DNA of 64,000 nucleotides from an uncultured delta proteobacterium (GTDB lineage: Bacteria; Desulfobacterota; Binatia; UBA9968), in the NCBI GenBank assembly GCA_963755715.1, contig CAVWLW010000044.1:30427-94426 (forward strand). Direction: 5' to 3'. The position numbers and the translations under genes were made by a program. The notes beneath the pieces are model-generated. The model did no database searches and was not told the origin of the DNA. It worked only from the letters and a program-made list of their open reading frames with translations. Below are positions 54,092 through 63,752 of the stretch, piece by piece (the stretch's first letter is position 1; each line of letters starts with the position of its first letter).

Positions 54092-55033
54092 TTACAGCTT
54101 GGCAAGATCCGTGATTTTTCCTTGCCGGCCTGCGTGCGCGAAGTTCGGCCATTCCTCGACTTGCGCGTCGCGATAATTGTCGCGATACCATTTGGCAATT
54201 TCTCCGGCGGGCGCGAACCAGACCTTGCCGTGGCTTTTCGCGTAGCGGATAAATTCCCGCAGCAACAGCGCGCGAAACGGCCGCCCGCCGACGAAAGGAT
54301 GATTGCCCCACATCATAAACTTAGGATCGGTTGCGCCCTCTTCGTACAGACAATCGAAGCAATCTTTCCACATCTGCAACAAATCACGCGGCGTTCTGCC
54401 GGCGCGCTGATAACTCGAGTAATCGTTCAGATCCTGAAAATAGGATAGCACCGTCAATTCCTGTTTCTTGATCTTGAGCGTGTAGGGCGTTTCCTGGTGC
54501 TGCGGGTCCATCCAGTAAGTGTAGCCCAGCTCCAAGATAATTTCCGGCGTCGACGCGCTCGGCGCTACTCCCGTGGAAAGATAGCCGACCGGCGCTTTCC
54601 CCACGACCTTTTTGACCGCGTCGACGGTTTTCTGCAGATCTTTTTTCTCCTTGTCGCGCTTTTTCATGTAGCTATAGTCGTGGATCCAGGTTTCCGTGCC
54701 GACTTCATGTCCCTGCTCGGCGATTTCTTGGAAAATCTCCGGATAGTTTTGCACTGTGATGCCGGTGGGAAAAAAGCTGGTTTGGATTTTCTCCGTCTCG
54801 AATATTTCGAGCATCCGGTAAATACCGACACGCTCGCCGAACTCACGATCGGTGATAATCGCCAGGTTTCTTTTCGTGACGGCGTTTCTCGGGAAGCTGC
54901 GCCGATTTTCTTGCTGCAGGGTGTTTGGCCCGCCGAGATCTTCCGGCCAGGTCTCGAAGGCGACGCAGGGCGTGATCGCGATGCGCGCGCCGTCGGGCCA
55001 TTGGATCGGTTTCCGCTTCGGTCTAACCTTCAT
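54092..55033 (-). CDS. Polysaccharide deacetylase family protein (PuuE-like), second paralog
   Basis: Start MKVRPKRKP with AGGAGG RBS. NodB-type motifs. Confidence 0.75.
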   Translation of the reverse strand: MKVRPKRKPIQWPDGARIAITPCVAFETWPEDLGGPNTLQQENRRSFPRNAVTKRNLAIITDREFGERVGIYRMLEIFETEKIQTSFFPTGITVQNYPEIFQEIAEQGHEVGTETWIHDYSYMKKRDKEKKDLQKTVDAVKKVVGKAPVGYLSTGVAPSASTPEIILELGYTYWMDPQHQETPYTLKIKKQELTVLSYFQDLNDYSSYQRAGRTPRDLLQMWKDCFDCLYEEGATDPKFMMWGNHPFVGGRPFRALLLREFIRYAKSHGKVWFAPAGEIAKWYRDNYRDAQVEEWPNFAHAGRQGKITDLAKL

Positions 55034-55258
55034 GTTGCCTCCTCGCACAGTTGAAATTTGCTACTTCATGCCACAGTTCTGGGGTGTTTCCAACTGTGCG
55101 CGTAAATGTACAGCGATGTTTTATGCTTTAAGTGTTAACGGACTGCTAATTCAGTGATTTTCGAGGAGCGGCAAGAGTAAAACTAAGCGCGCCGGCCTTG
55201 ACTTGCGATGGGATGCCGGTTAATTGAAATGATTGATTCTTAATCAGGAGGAACGATC

Positions 55259-56050
55259 ATGGCAGACGGGAAAATGATCGAATGTCGCGTCGATAACGGC
55301 ATCGCGGTGCTGGAAATCAATCGGCCGCCGGTAAATAGTTACACGACCGAGTTATTGAAGGAATTGGATGCGGCGATTTTGGACGCTCGCTTTGACGATA
55401 ACGTGCACGCGATCGTCATTACGGGCAAGGTAGAAAAGTTTTTTTCCGCCGGCGCCGACATCAACATGCTGTCGAAGCAGTCGCTCGGTTTCAAGAATAA
55501 TTTCGCGCTGCACGGCCACGAAGTCCTCATGCGACTGGAAAACACGCCGAAGATCGTCATCGCCGCGATCAACGGCCACGCCGTCGGCGGCGGTCTTGAG
55601 ATCGCCATGGCCTGCGATATCCGCATCGCCAAAAAAGAAGGCGGCAAGGTCGGGCTCGCCGAGATCAATCTCGGCGTCATGCCGGGTATGGGCGGCACGC
55701 AGCGCTTGCCGCGCCTGGTCGGCAAAGCCCGCGCGCTGGAACTCTGCGCCACCGGCAAAACGATCGCGTTTGAAGAAGCCCTCGAAATAGGTTTGGTTCA
55801 TTACATTTACGAAAAAGAAAACTTCATGCAAGAAGTAATGGACTACGCGCGCCAGTTTAGTGTGCCGAACAAGAGCAGCCTCGCTGTCGGCAAAGTAAAG
55901 CGCGCCATCCAAACCGGCCTCGAACTGTCATTACCCGATGGCTTGGCCTTCGAGCGCGAGCTTCTCGCTCAGACATTCGCCAGCGAAGATGGTCAGGAAG
56001 GCGTAAAAGCGTATCTCGAAAAACGCACCGCTCAGTTCAAGGGAAAGTAA
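55259..56050 (+). CDS. Enoyl-CoA hydratase/isomerase (crotonase) family protein
   Basis: 263 aa. Oxyanion-hole region FFSAGADI...AAINGHAVGGGLEIAMACDIRIA. Confidence 0.85.
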   Translation: MADGKMIECRVDNGIAVLEINRPPVNSYTTELLKELDAAILDARFDDNVHAIVITGKVEKFFSAGADINMLSKQSLGFKNNFALHGHEVLMRLENTPKIVIAAINGHAVGGGLEIAMACDIRIAKKEGGKVGLAEINLGVMPGMGGTQRLPRLVGKARALELCATGKTIAFEEALEIGLVHYIYEKENFMQEVMDYARQFSVPNKSSLAVGKVKRAIQTGLELSLPDGLAFERELLAQTFASEDGQEGVKAYLEKRTAQFKGK

Positions 56051-56153
56051 TCGTTCCCTATCCCCACTTCAGCGTTCCGATCCCAGTTTACGATTGGAAC
56101 GGCTTGAACGATTTGAACGTTTGGAACTTTTTTAATTCAATGGAGGTTATCCA

Positions 56154-57617
56154 ATGGCTAAGATGTTTATCGGCGGCGAGTCCGTCGATTCGGTAACCAA
56201 GAACACGACCGAAGTGCGCAATCCTGCCACGGGCGCGACCGTCGACACCGTGCCGCAGGGCAATGACAAGGACGTGCAACAGGCGATTCAGGCCGCCGAA
56301 GAAGCTTTCAAAGTTTGGTCCGATGTCTCGCCTGAAGATCGCGGCAATGCGCTGATGAACGCGGGCGAGTTAATCAAAAAAAACGCCGGTGAGATCTCCC
56401 AACTCTTAACGCAAGAGCAAGGTAAGACGCTATTCGAAGCCGGCTTGGAGATTCATCATCTGGTGCACGGTTTGGAATTCTATGCGGGCCTTGCATCTAA
56501 AGTCCGCGGCTCTCACGTGCCGCTACCGCAGAAAGGCGCCTACGGCATGGTCGTGCGCCAACCGATCGGTGTGTGCGGTGGCATCGTGCCGTGGAATTTT
56601 CCGTTAACGTTGATGGGCACCAAGCTCGGTCCCGCACTCGCCGCCGGCAACACGATCATCGTTAAGCCGGCGAGCACGACGCCGCTGGCAACGATCAAAG
56701 TTATCGAGCTGATCGCGCAGGCGACCTTCGGCGAAGGCAAAGCGCAAAAGCCTTTGCCGAAAGGCACCGTCAATATCGTCACGGGGCCCGGCGGCAGCGT
56801 CGGCGAAGAGCTCTTGCGTAACCCGCGCATCCGCCGCATCGCTTTCACCGGCTCGACGCCGGTGGGCCGCCACGTCATGGAAGTGGCCGGCCGCGAGATC
56901 AAGCGCGTCACTTTGGAATTGGGCGGCAGCGATCCGATGATCGTGATGGAAGATGCCAACCTCGATCTCGCCGTGAAGATGGCCGACGTCGGCCGCTATT
57001 TTAATTGCGGCCAGATGTGCCTGGGCGTGAAGCGTTTATTCTTGCAGGAATCGATCGCCGATAACTTCGTCGGCGGCTTGGTGGAAATTCTCAAAAAGAA
57101 AACGGTCGGCAACGGCATGAGCAAAGAAACTCGCATGGGTCCGATCCACATCGGCTCCCAGCGCCAGGAAGTCGAAGAGCAAGTCGAAGACGCCAAAGCG
57201 CGCGGCGCCAAGTTGCTCTTCGGCGGCGAGCGGCCCAAGGGCGGCGACTTCGACAAAGGTTTCTTCTATCTGCCGACGCTGATGACGAACGTGCCCGACG
57301 ACGCGCGCATGACCAAGGAAGAAGTCTTCGGTCCCGCGCTGCCGGTCTATACTTTCAAGACGCTGGACGAAGCGTTGGAGAAAGCCAACTCATCCGAGTT
57401 CGGCCTCGGCTCGTCGATATGGACGCGCAATTTGTTGCACGCCAACAAAGCGATCGACAAGCTCCAGGCCGGCAACGTGTGGGTCAACTCGCTTCATTAC
57501 GGCTATGACGAGCTGCCTTTCGGCGGCGTCAAATCGAGCGGCGTCGGCCGCGAGCACGGCCCCGAAGCTCTGGATTATTATCTCGAGCCCAAGGGCGTGG
57601 TCGTCGTCAACGTCTGA
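56154..57617 (+). CDS. NAD(P)+-dependent aldehyde dehydrogenase
   Basis: 487 aa. Catalytic Cys motif FNCGQMC, Glu motif LELGGSDP, GSTPVG NAD motif. Confidence 0.9.
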   Translation: MAKMFIGGESVDSVTKNTTEVRNPATGATVDTVPQGNDKDVQQAIQAAEEAFKVWSDVSPEDRGNALMNAGELIKKNAGEISQLLTQEQGKTLFEAGLEIHHLVHGLEFYAGLASKVRGSHVPLPQKGAYGMVVRQPIGVCGGIVPWNFPLTLMGTKLGPALAAGNTIIVKPASTTPLATIKVIELIAQATFGEGKAQKPLPKGTVNIVTGPGGSVGEELLRNPRIRRIAFTGSTPVGRHVMEVAGREIKRVTLELGGSDPMIVMEDANLDLAVKMADVGRYFNCGQMCLGVKRLFLQESIADNFVGGLVEILKKKTVGNGMSKETRMGPIHIGSQRQEVEEQVEDAKARGAKLLFGGERPKGGDFDKGFFYLPTLMTNVPDDARMTKEEVFGPALPVYTFKTLDEALEKANSSEFGLGSSIWTRNLLHANKAIDKLQAGNVWVNSLHYGYDELPFGGVKSSGVGREHGPEALDYYLEPKGVVVVNV

Positions 57618-57694
57618 GGGAAACCATTCCATTGACAACTGGCGCCACATTCAACTACTTTGTGGTTATCTCGATATCTTAAGGGAGGACGACC

Positions 57695-58495
57695 ATGTTT
57701 GCACAAATGCGCCATATGGCGATCGTGACCAGCAACGCGAATAACGAAGGCGATTTTTATCGGGACGTATTCGGCATGCGCCGTTCGAGTTTGCAGCGCG
57801 CAGGTGCCGCGGTGGTCGTCGGCGACGGTTACATCGGATTGAATCTCAACCCGCGCGCGCCGGGCCGCCAGGCGGGTTTCGATCACTTCGGCTTCGAAGT
57901 GCAGGACGTCGAGGTCGTGTTTTCCCGTCTCAAAGAAAAATATCCCAAAATCCAAGTGCTCCATCGGCCGAGCAATCGCCCCTTCGCCGGCATCAGCATG
58001 CACGATCCGATGGGCAACGTTTTCGATCTGTCCCAGGCGAACATGGAAAACCGGCGCGATCTCTACACCGATAAGGTCGAGGAGCGCAAACGCCGCATCG
58101 GCCACTTCGGCCTGCGCTGCGTCGAGCCGGAAGAATGCGGCGAGTTCTATCGCGACGTTTTCGAGTTGACCGAGCTGGAAAAACCGGCCGGAGATCCCAA
58201 TCACTATCTCTCCGACGGCAAAGTCACGCTGGCGGTAATGCCCTGGAAGATTTCCGACTTCGCCGGCTCCGGCATCGAGCGACCCGCGTTGGACCATATC
58301 GGCTTCAAGGTCGAAAGTTTGACCGCATTCAAAGCCGACCTGGAAAAATTCAAGAGCGCCAATCCGGCGCCCGAAGACCGTCCCGAGAAAAACCCGGAAC
58401 GTGAGGTCCGGCAAAAACTCCTCGCGACCTGCTGCTTCGGCCAGTATCACACGTCTGATCCCGACGGCGTGCTGATCGACGTGTCGGAAAATTAG
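57695..58495 (+). CDS. VOC family protein (glyoxalase / extradiol dioxygenase-like, two modules)
   Basis: Repeated beta-alpha-beta-beta-beta modules (HMAIVTSN...FDHFGFEV and IGHFGLRC...LDHIGFKV). Confidence 0.75.
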   Translation: MFAQMRHMAIVTSNANNEGDFYRDVFGMRRSSLQRAGAAVVVGDGYIGLNLNPRAPGRQAGFDHFGFEVQDVEVVFSRLKEKYPKIQVLHRPSNRPFAGISMHDPMGNVFDLSQANMENRRDLYTDKVEERKRRIGHFGLRCVEPEECGEFYRDVFELTELEKPAGDPNHYLSDGKVTLAVMPWKISDFAGSGIERPALDHIGFKVESLTAFKADLEKFKSANPAPEDRPEKNPEREVRQKLLATCCFGQYHTSDPDGVLIDVSEN

Positions 58496-58592
58496 TCTTC
58501 GGTTTTTACGAATTTCCAAAAGGGGCGTCCGTCGCGCCAGACGGACGCCCCTTTTGTTTGGACGCGGCTGAATGCTGTGACAAAAGCTTGAA

Positions 58593-58958
58593 TTAAGGAA
58601 CGAGGGCGCGCCTTTTGGTCCATCTCCCGGTACACAATCCTAGCGCAATCAGGCCGACGAAATACGCGAGTGCCGGCACAGAGGCTTTCGCCGGCGGCTC
58701 GATGGCGGTTACACCTATGACTTTCTCACTTCGAAGCGGCGGCTTACCGGGGACCTCGGCAAGCGCGACAACGCGATATTCCGCGCCGTCGGTAAATTGA
58801 AACTTCATCGAGAACTCCTTGTCGACCGGTATTCTCTCCACCTCGAACGCGATCTTTTCCTTTTCCAGGTGAGTAATCGTTAGCGTGAGCAGAGTGTTCG
58901 ACGTGCCGGCGATCTCGGCATTTTTCAAAAACCAGCGGACGGCCGTAGGCGTCCCCAC
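58593..58958 (-). CDS. Hypothetical membrane protein (beta-rich domain plus C-terminal TM), possibly the continuation of 58976..59578 after a frameshift
   Basis: 121 aa with no signal peptide of its own, 17 nt downstream of the preceding ORF. Confidence 0.3.
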   Translation of the reverse strand: MGTPTAVRWFLKNAEIAGTSNTLLTLTITHLEKEKIAFEVERIPVDKEFSMKFQFTDGAEYRVVALAEVPGKPPLRSEKVIGVTAIEPPAKASVPALAYFVGLIALGLCTGRWTKRRALVP

Positions 58959-58975
58959 CGTAGCGGCACCGATCT

Positions 58976-59578
58976 CTAGACCGGCATTCTCCGTCTCTCA
59001 ACGCGCGGCGGTTCCGCGGCTCGACTCGACTCAACCAACAGCGCCGCGGCGAATAGAGCAATCATCGCGCTCCTCGCTCCGGTAAAAACTCTTCCCGCCA
59101 TCAAGCCCAGTAAAAACAGGCCAACGGAAAATCCCGTCAGAGCAAACCACTTTTTTTGATTCTCGCGCACGTAGAATTTGAAATCTTTGCTCGCCTTCCC
59201 ACCGTCCGCTGTCGTGGCGACGACCGTCAAGCGATACTCGCCGCGGATCGGAAAAAGAAATTTCCAATTGGCCCGGCCCTGGCGCAATTCCATACGCATT
59301 TCACTCAGCCGCGTCCCTTCGACGAACGGAAAATCGGTCGAGAAAAATCTTCCCGGCTCAGGGGCGTCAAGGCGAATATCCACCACGCCCTGTTTCACCG
59401 GCCTGCCATCGGCGCCGGTGATCAACAACGACATATTCGCTGGATCGGCATACGGGCGAAGCAGCTCGATCCTTGGCGTTGTCTTAAAATAAATAGTGAG
59501 ATCTTCAGCCCAAACCGTCACGCCGGGCAGAAAGGAAACGAAGAAGAAGGCAAAAAGAGCGCACAGTTTTAGTGACAA
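58976..59578 (-). CDS. Hypothetical membrane protein (signal peptide, periplasmic beta-rich domain, TM helix)
   Basis: 200 aa. May be fused with the downstream 58593..58958 ORF, which has a similar architecture. Confidence 0.35.
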   Translation of the reverse strand: MSLKLCALFAFFFVSFLPGVTVWAEDLTIYFKTTPRIELLRPYADPANMSLLITGADGRPVKQGVVDIRLDAPEPGRFFSTDFPFVEGTRLSEMRMELRQGRANWKFLFPIRGEYRLTVVATTADGGKASKDFKFYVRENQKKWFALTGFSVGLFLLGLMAGRVFTGARSAMIALFAAALLVESSRAAEPPRVERRRMPV

Positions 59579-59894
59579 GGAACTACGGCTAACGCGTGGC
59601 GAACATTGTGCAGCGTGTCATGGACCGCAGGATAACTCGCCGCCAACGCGACAAACAAGGTCGCGCCACAAACGGATAGAAAAATTCCGGATTTGATTAG
59701 GAAGGAAGTTTGTTCCGATACTGCTAAGCCCAGCCAAATGGCAACGATTTTTTCCATGTTCGCGTCTCCTGCGATATTCAACTGCATATTCATACTAACC
59801 GCCGCCCGCTGTCAAGCGGACACGTTTAACTGTTGCCTTTCCATGCCGTCTTTCATATTGCTGAAGACATCTTTCAAATCGCGGGAGGTTGCCA

Positions 59895-60088
59895 TGCCAG
59901 TCGTTCATATCTACATGTATGCCGGAAGAAGCAAAGAACAGAAAAGCGAAATGGTCAGGCGCATTTCTAAAGACTTCGAAGAAGTCATGAGCATCAAGCC
60001 TGAATCCCTCAACGTGCTCTTTCACGACGTGGAAAAGAGCGACTGGGGCATCCGCGGCGCCCTCGCCTCGGAGACGCCGCCGAAGTAA
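59895..60088 (+). CDS. 4-oxalocrotonate tautomerase family enzyme
   Basis: 64 aa starting MPVVHIYM (Pro1 after Met removal). GGGAGG RBS. Confidence 0.7.
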
Positions 60089-60127
60089 ATCGTTAGAACC
60101 GCCCCTCGGTCGAAAACAGGAGATTCC

Positions 60128-60850
60128 ATGCCAGTAAAAATTGGCTTTATCGGCTCGAGCGCGCCGTCGAGTCCGCACCATGATAGCTTTCGAAGGTTTA
60201 TTCCCAAAGACCTCGAATTCACCTTCGTCCAGGAAGCCGGTGTGAAAACTTCGCTCTACGACGCTCGTGGCAAAGTCGACGCGCTGATCGGCCAGGTGCA
60301 GGAACTCATCGCCGAGCGTGATTGGGACGGGGTGATCATCAGCGGCGCGCCGAAAGAGGCGCTCAATCCCGGCATGTGGGAGCGGGTTTCTGGCGGATTG
60401 AAAGTTCCGATATCGCTGGCGCTCAGATCGTCGGTTGCCGCGCTCAAAGCCTTCGCGGCCAAACGCATTCTCCTGATGACCCCGGTGGATGACGAGCTGA
60501 AGAAACTTTACCGCGATTATCTTGACGGATTTGGCATCGCATCATTCTACCCGCCACAGATTCTGCGCGTCCACACCGACGCTTTGAAGCTCAGCGCGGA
60601 TGACGTTGAAGAGATGACGCACCGCGCGTTGGCGGAATATCCCGACGTCGACGCGATCTATTTTCAGGGCGCGCTGCTCGATCCCCTACCCATCTTGGAA
60701 AAGATGGAAGCCCAGCTAAATCTCCCAATCATCGCCAGCAATCCGGCCATGCTCTGGGTCATTCTCTCCAAGCTCGGATTGAATTATCAAATCACGGGTT
60801 ACGGCAAGTTGCTGTCGCAGTGGCCGGCGCTGCCGACGGGCCCGTTCTAA
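60128..60850 (+). CDS. Asp/Glu/hydantoin racemase superfamily protein (arylmalonate decarboxylase / maleate isomerase-like)
   Basis: 240 aa. N-terminal IGFIGSS and two pseudo-symmetric halves typical of this fold. AGGAG RBS. Confidence 0.55.
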   Translation: MPVKIGFIGSSAPSSPHHDSFRRFIPKDLEFTFVQEAGVKTSLYDARGKVDALIGQVQELIAERDWDGVIISGAPKEALNPGMWERVSGGLKVPISLALRSSVAALKAFAAKRILLMTPVDDELKKLYRDYLDGFGIASFYPPQILRVHTDALKLSADDVEEMTHRALAEYPDVDAIYFQGALLDPLPILEKMEAQLNLPIIASNPAMLWVILSKLGLNYQITGYGKLLSQWPALPTGPF

Positions 60851-60869
60851 TTTCACTTTGGAGCAGCCA

Positions 60870-61811
60870 GTGCGCACCGTCAGGCTTGCCTATCGCGACA
60901 ACGATCGCACACCGGTCATTTACTGCATCAAAGCGATGGCCGAGCGTCATTACGCCGTGAACGTCGATGTCGTGCACATCGAGCCGCAGCAGGAATTCGA
61001 AGGCGCGTTGTTCGATAATTCCTGCGATGTCATCATCGAACATGTCGAATATCTATACACCGAGGCGGCCAAAGGAAAGAAAATCACTTTTTTCTGCGCG
61101 CCGCAGATTCACCGCGGGCTGAAACTCGTCGTGCCGCAAAGTTTCGATTCCGTCGACGAACTTCGCGGCAAGACGATGGCAGTGCGCGATTTGGGACGAC
61201 CGCACACGATCACGCTGTGGTTACGAAAGATGGGACTCGAAAAAGACGTTGGAACGATGATCGTCAAAGATAAAGACGTCGGCCGCTGGCAACAGTGGAA
61301 AAAAATAATCGCCGGCGAGTGCGCGGCGTGCTTCCTCTCGCCGCTTTATCTGCCGGACGCTCTCGTGGCGGGATTGAAAACGTTTCCGGTGCCGGAGGCT
61401 GAGATCATCAGCAATTTCGCCCAAGCCTGTTTGTCCAGCTTCGCTCACCAAAATCCCGCGCTCATGAAAGATTATCTGAAAGCGGTTGTCCACGCTTTTG
61501 TATTGCTGGTGCATCGCAGAGACCAAGCGATGGCGATTGTTGCGGGAGAGCCTATGCGCTTGATGAAAATATCCGATGCCGGCGAGCTACGTCGCCAGGT
61601 CGACTCCATCGCCGAAATGCTCCAAGTCAAACCCTACCCCACAGTTGAGGCAATCATGAACACCCATGAGATCGCCGCTCATGAATACGGCGCCGCGGTA
61701 GAAAACCCGCTAACGCTTTGGGACATCCATTGGCTAAAAGAGTTGGACGACGAAGGCTTCATCGATGATTTGGTTGAAAGCCTTTCGGGTGTTTCACAGC
61801 GGAGACGCTGA
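60870..61811 (+). CDS. NMT1/THI5-like domain protein without signal peptide (cytoplasmic)
   Basis: Roughly 313 aa from GTG 60870 (GGAG 8 nt upstream). Periplasmic-binding-protein-like fold but no export signal. Confidence 0.5.
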   Translation: MRTVRLAYRDNDRTPVIYCIKAMAERHYAVNVDVVHIEPQQEFEGALFDNSCDVIIEHVEYLYTEAAKGKKITFFCAPQIHRGLKLVVPQSFDSVDELRGKTMAVRDLGRPHTITLWLRKMGLEKDVGTMIVKDKDVGRWQQWKKIIAGECAACFLSPLYLPDALVAGLKTFPVPEAEIISNFAQACLSSFAHQNPALMKDYLKAVVHAFVLLVHRRDQAMAIVAGEPMRLMKISDAGELRRQVDSIAEMLQVKPYPTVEAIMNTHEIAAHEYGAAVENPLTLWDIHWLKELDDEGFIDDLVESLSGVSQRRR

Positions 61812-61942
61812 GGACGCGGAGAGGACAATGTGAAAAAGAAAAACTCTGCGCGCTCTCGTTTCCCGCATCTGTCATCTCGAACGAAGTGAGAGATCTTTCT
61901 TAATCTTAACAACTCCAAGAAAAACTATCCCATCAAACTTCG

Positions 61943-62434
61943 ATGAAGAAACTCCTGATCGTCTTTCACTCTAAAACAGGCGGCACATACCAAATGGCGC
62001 AAGCCGCCGTCAGGGGCGCTGAGAGCGAGCCGGACGTGGATATTAAGTTCATTCATGCCGCCGAAGCCGGGCCCGACGAGCTCATCGAATCCGACGGCTA
62101 TATCTTCGCCACACCGGAAAATCTCGCGATGATGTCCGGCATGATGAAAGACTTCTTCGACCGAACTTACTATCCGGTCCTCGACCGCATCGTTGGCCGT
62201 CCCTACGCGATGCTGATTTGCGCCGGCAGCGACGGCGAAAACGCCGCGCGCCAGATCCAAAGAATCGCCACCGGCTGGCGGCTCAAGGCGATGGCCGATC
62301 CGATCATTGTCTGCACCCACGCGCAGACGCCGGAAGCGATCCTCGCGCCCAAACAGATCGGTGAATTCGATCTAGGCCGCTGCGAAGAGATCGGCGCCAC
62401 GCTGGCGGCCGGCCTAAGCCTCGGTATCTACTAA
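61943..62434 (+). CDS. Flavodoxin-like fold NAD(P)H-dependent oxidoreductase
   Basis: 163 aa. N-terminal LLIVFHSKTGGTYQMAQ. Confidence 0.7.
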   Translation: MKKLLIVFHSKTGGTYQMAQAAVRGAESEPDVDIKFIHAAEAGPDELIESDGYIFATPENLAMMSGMMKDFFDRTYYPVLDRIVGRPYAMLICAGSDGENAARQIQRIATGWRLKAMADPIIVCTHAQTPEAILAPKQIGEFDLGRCEEIGATLAAGLSLGIY

Positions 62435-62673
62435 CCGGTTCAACATTCTTGGCGGCGTTATTCCTGCAAAATTGTCGCAAAATAACGACAGACCGAAGCG
62501 ACGCCCTGCTTTTCCCGATCCCAATACGGCTGAGATCACGCTGTGATTTTGTCGTGCTTATAGGGGCTTTGGGCGCAACTACGCGCCGTACTCTAAACTG
62601 GCACTACTTCTGCAGCTCCTTCACGACTAGCAGCCGGTTAGATAGTCAGGACCTTGGCATTAAGGAGGCCAGC

Positions 62674-62923
62674 ATGGACGCAAATAAATTCAAAGGTAGT
62701 TGGCACCAGTTCAAAGGCGAGCTCAAGAAGAAGTGGGGAGCAGCTAACGGACGATGATCTTCTCGAGTGCGAGGGCGACTACGAAAAGTTTTTAGGCGTC
62801 GTTCAAAAAAGATACGGCGACAAAAAAGAGGAATTGCAGCAATGGGCCGATGATTGGTATTCCGAGCGCGAGCAGGAAGAGATCCGTCGGAGGCAGGCAA
62901 CTACTTCGCGTAATCAAGCGTGA
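62674..62923 (+). pseudogene. CsbD-like general stress protein, frameshifted near 62735-62745
   Basis: MDANKFKGSWHQFKGELKKKWG (AGGAGG RBS), then stop in frame. The continuation QLTDDDLLECEGDYEKFLGVVQKRYG... is in the +1 frame. Confidence 0.5.
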
Positions 62924-62949
62924 CTTCTTGATGGATTTACCCGCCTACA

Positions 62950-63464
62950 GCGGGCAAATCCATTTGATTTCACTTGGGACGAGGTTCGCTGGCCCGCGAC
63001 AATGTCGAGGTGAGGATCTTCACATTCTCGCTTTTTTCGATGTAGCGGACGAACAGATATTTGTTTTCCTGTGAGTCCAAGGCCGCCGCCGGTACATCAC
63101 CCGCGCCCGGTTCCACTTTTGCCAGGATGAACTAGAGATCGTTAGCCTTCAGGGCGCGCGTGAACGCCTCTGCAAATTCCGCCAGCGGTCGCGCGCGGCT
63201 GTGGTTTTGCTAAGGTCGTCAGCACAACGACGACGGCCGGGCAGGCCGACTTGGCGGCGCTCGATCGTGCCGCACTTCGGCGAAGAACTGGTGGTCACGA
63301 ATCTGGGCGCCGTACGCCACGAGTGGCAAGCGCTCAGGCCACACTATGGCAATTACCATTTGCAGAATCTCGGACTGACGTCTTCGATGGCGCTTGGATT
63401 AGCTTTGGCGCTGCCCCACCGCAAGGTCGTGGCGTTCGACGGCAAAGCCTCTGAATGTCCTTGA
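62950..63464. pseudogene. Scrambled remnants of a TPP-dependent decarboxylase-like gene: TPP-binding segment on plus strand (63250..63464), C-terminal-like segment on minus strand (62950..63190)
   Basis: Plus: ...NLGAVRHEWQALRPHYGNYHLQNLGLTSSMALGLALALPHRKVVAFDG resembles the TPP diphosphate-binding GDG region. Minus: ...EFAEAFTRALKANDL*FILAKVEPGAGDVPAAALDSQENKYLFVRYIEK resembles the C-terminal end of the same family. Confidence 0.3.
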
Positions 63465-63533
63465 CTCCTATCCGGCTATTATGTCCATTTTTTCTAACTG
63501 GAAAAGCTGCTGCACCCGTAATATAGTTTTTTC

Positions 63534-63752
63534 ATGAAAACAGTCCCAGCAACTAAATTTAAAGAACAATGCTTGGCGCTGCTCGACCGAGTGGGTCCGG
63601 ACGGAATCATTATCACCAAACATGGCAAGCCTGTTGCCAAGCTCGTCCCAGTCCATACGGACAACGCAAAAATGATCGGAAGCTTCAAAGGCAAGCTGAA
63701 AATCAAAGGGAATATTCTTTCGACCGGTGTCAAGTGGGATGCTGAATCTTGA
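63534..63752 (+). CDS. Type II antitoxin, Phd/YefM family
   Basis: 72 aa. MKTVPATKFKEQCLALLDRVGPDGIIITKHGKPVAKLVP is the typical antitoxin N-terminal fold. Its stop overlaps the toxin start. Confidence 0.65.
   Translation: MKTVPATKFKEQCLALLDRVGPDGIIITKHGKPVAKLVPVHTDNAKMIGSFKGKLKIKGNILSTGVKWDAES

Noticed and set aside
57578-58519. 313-aa minus-strand ORF overlapping the VOC gene
   Set aside because: Antisense artefact of a high-GC coding region, with low-complexity Arg/Gly/Asp composition. The plus-strand gene has an RBS and family motifs.
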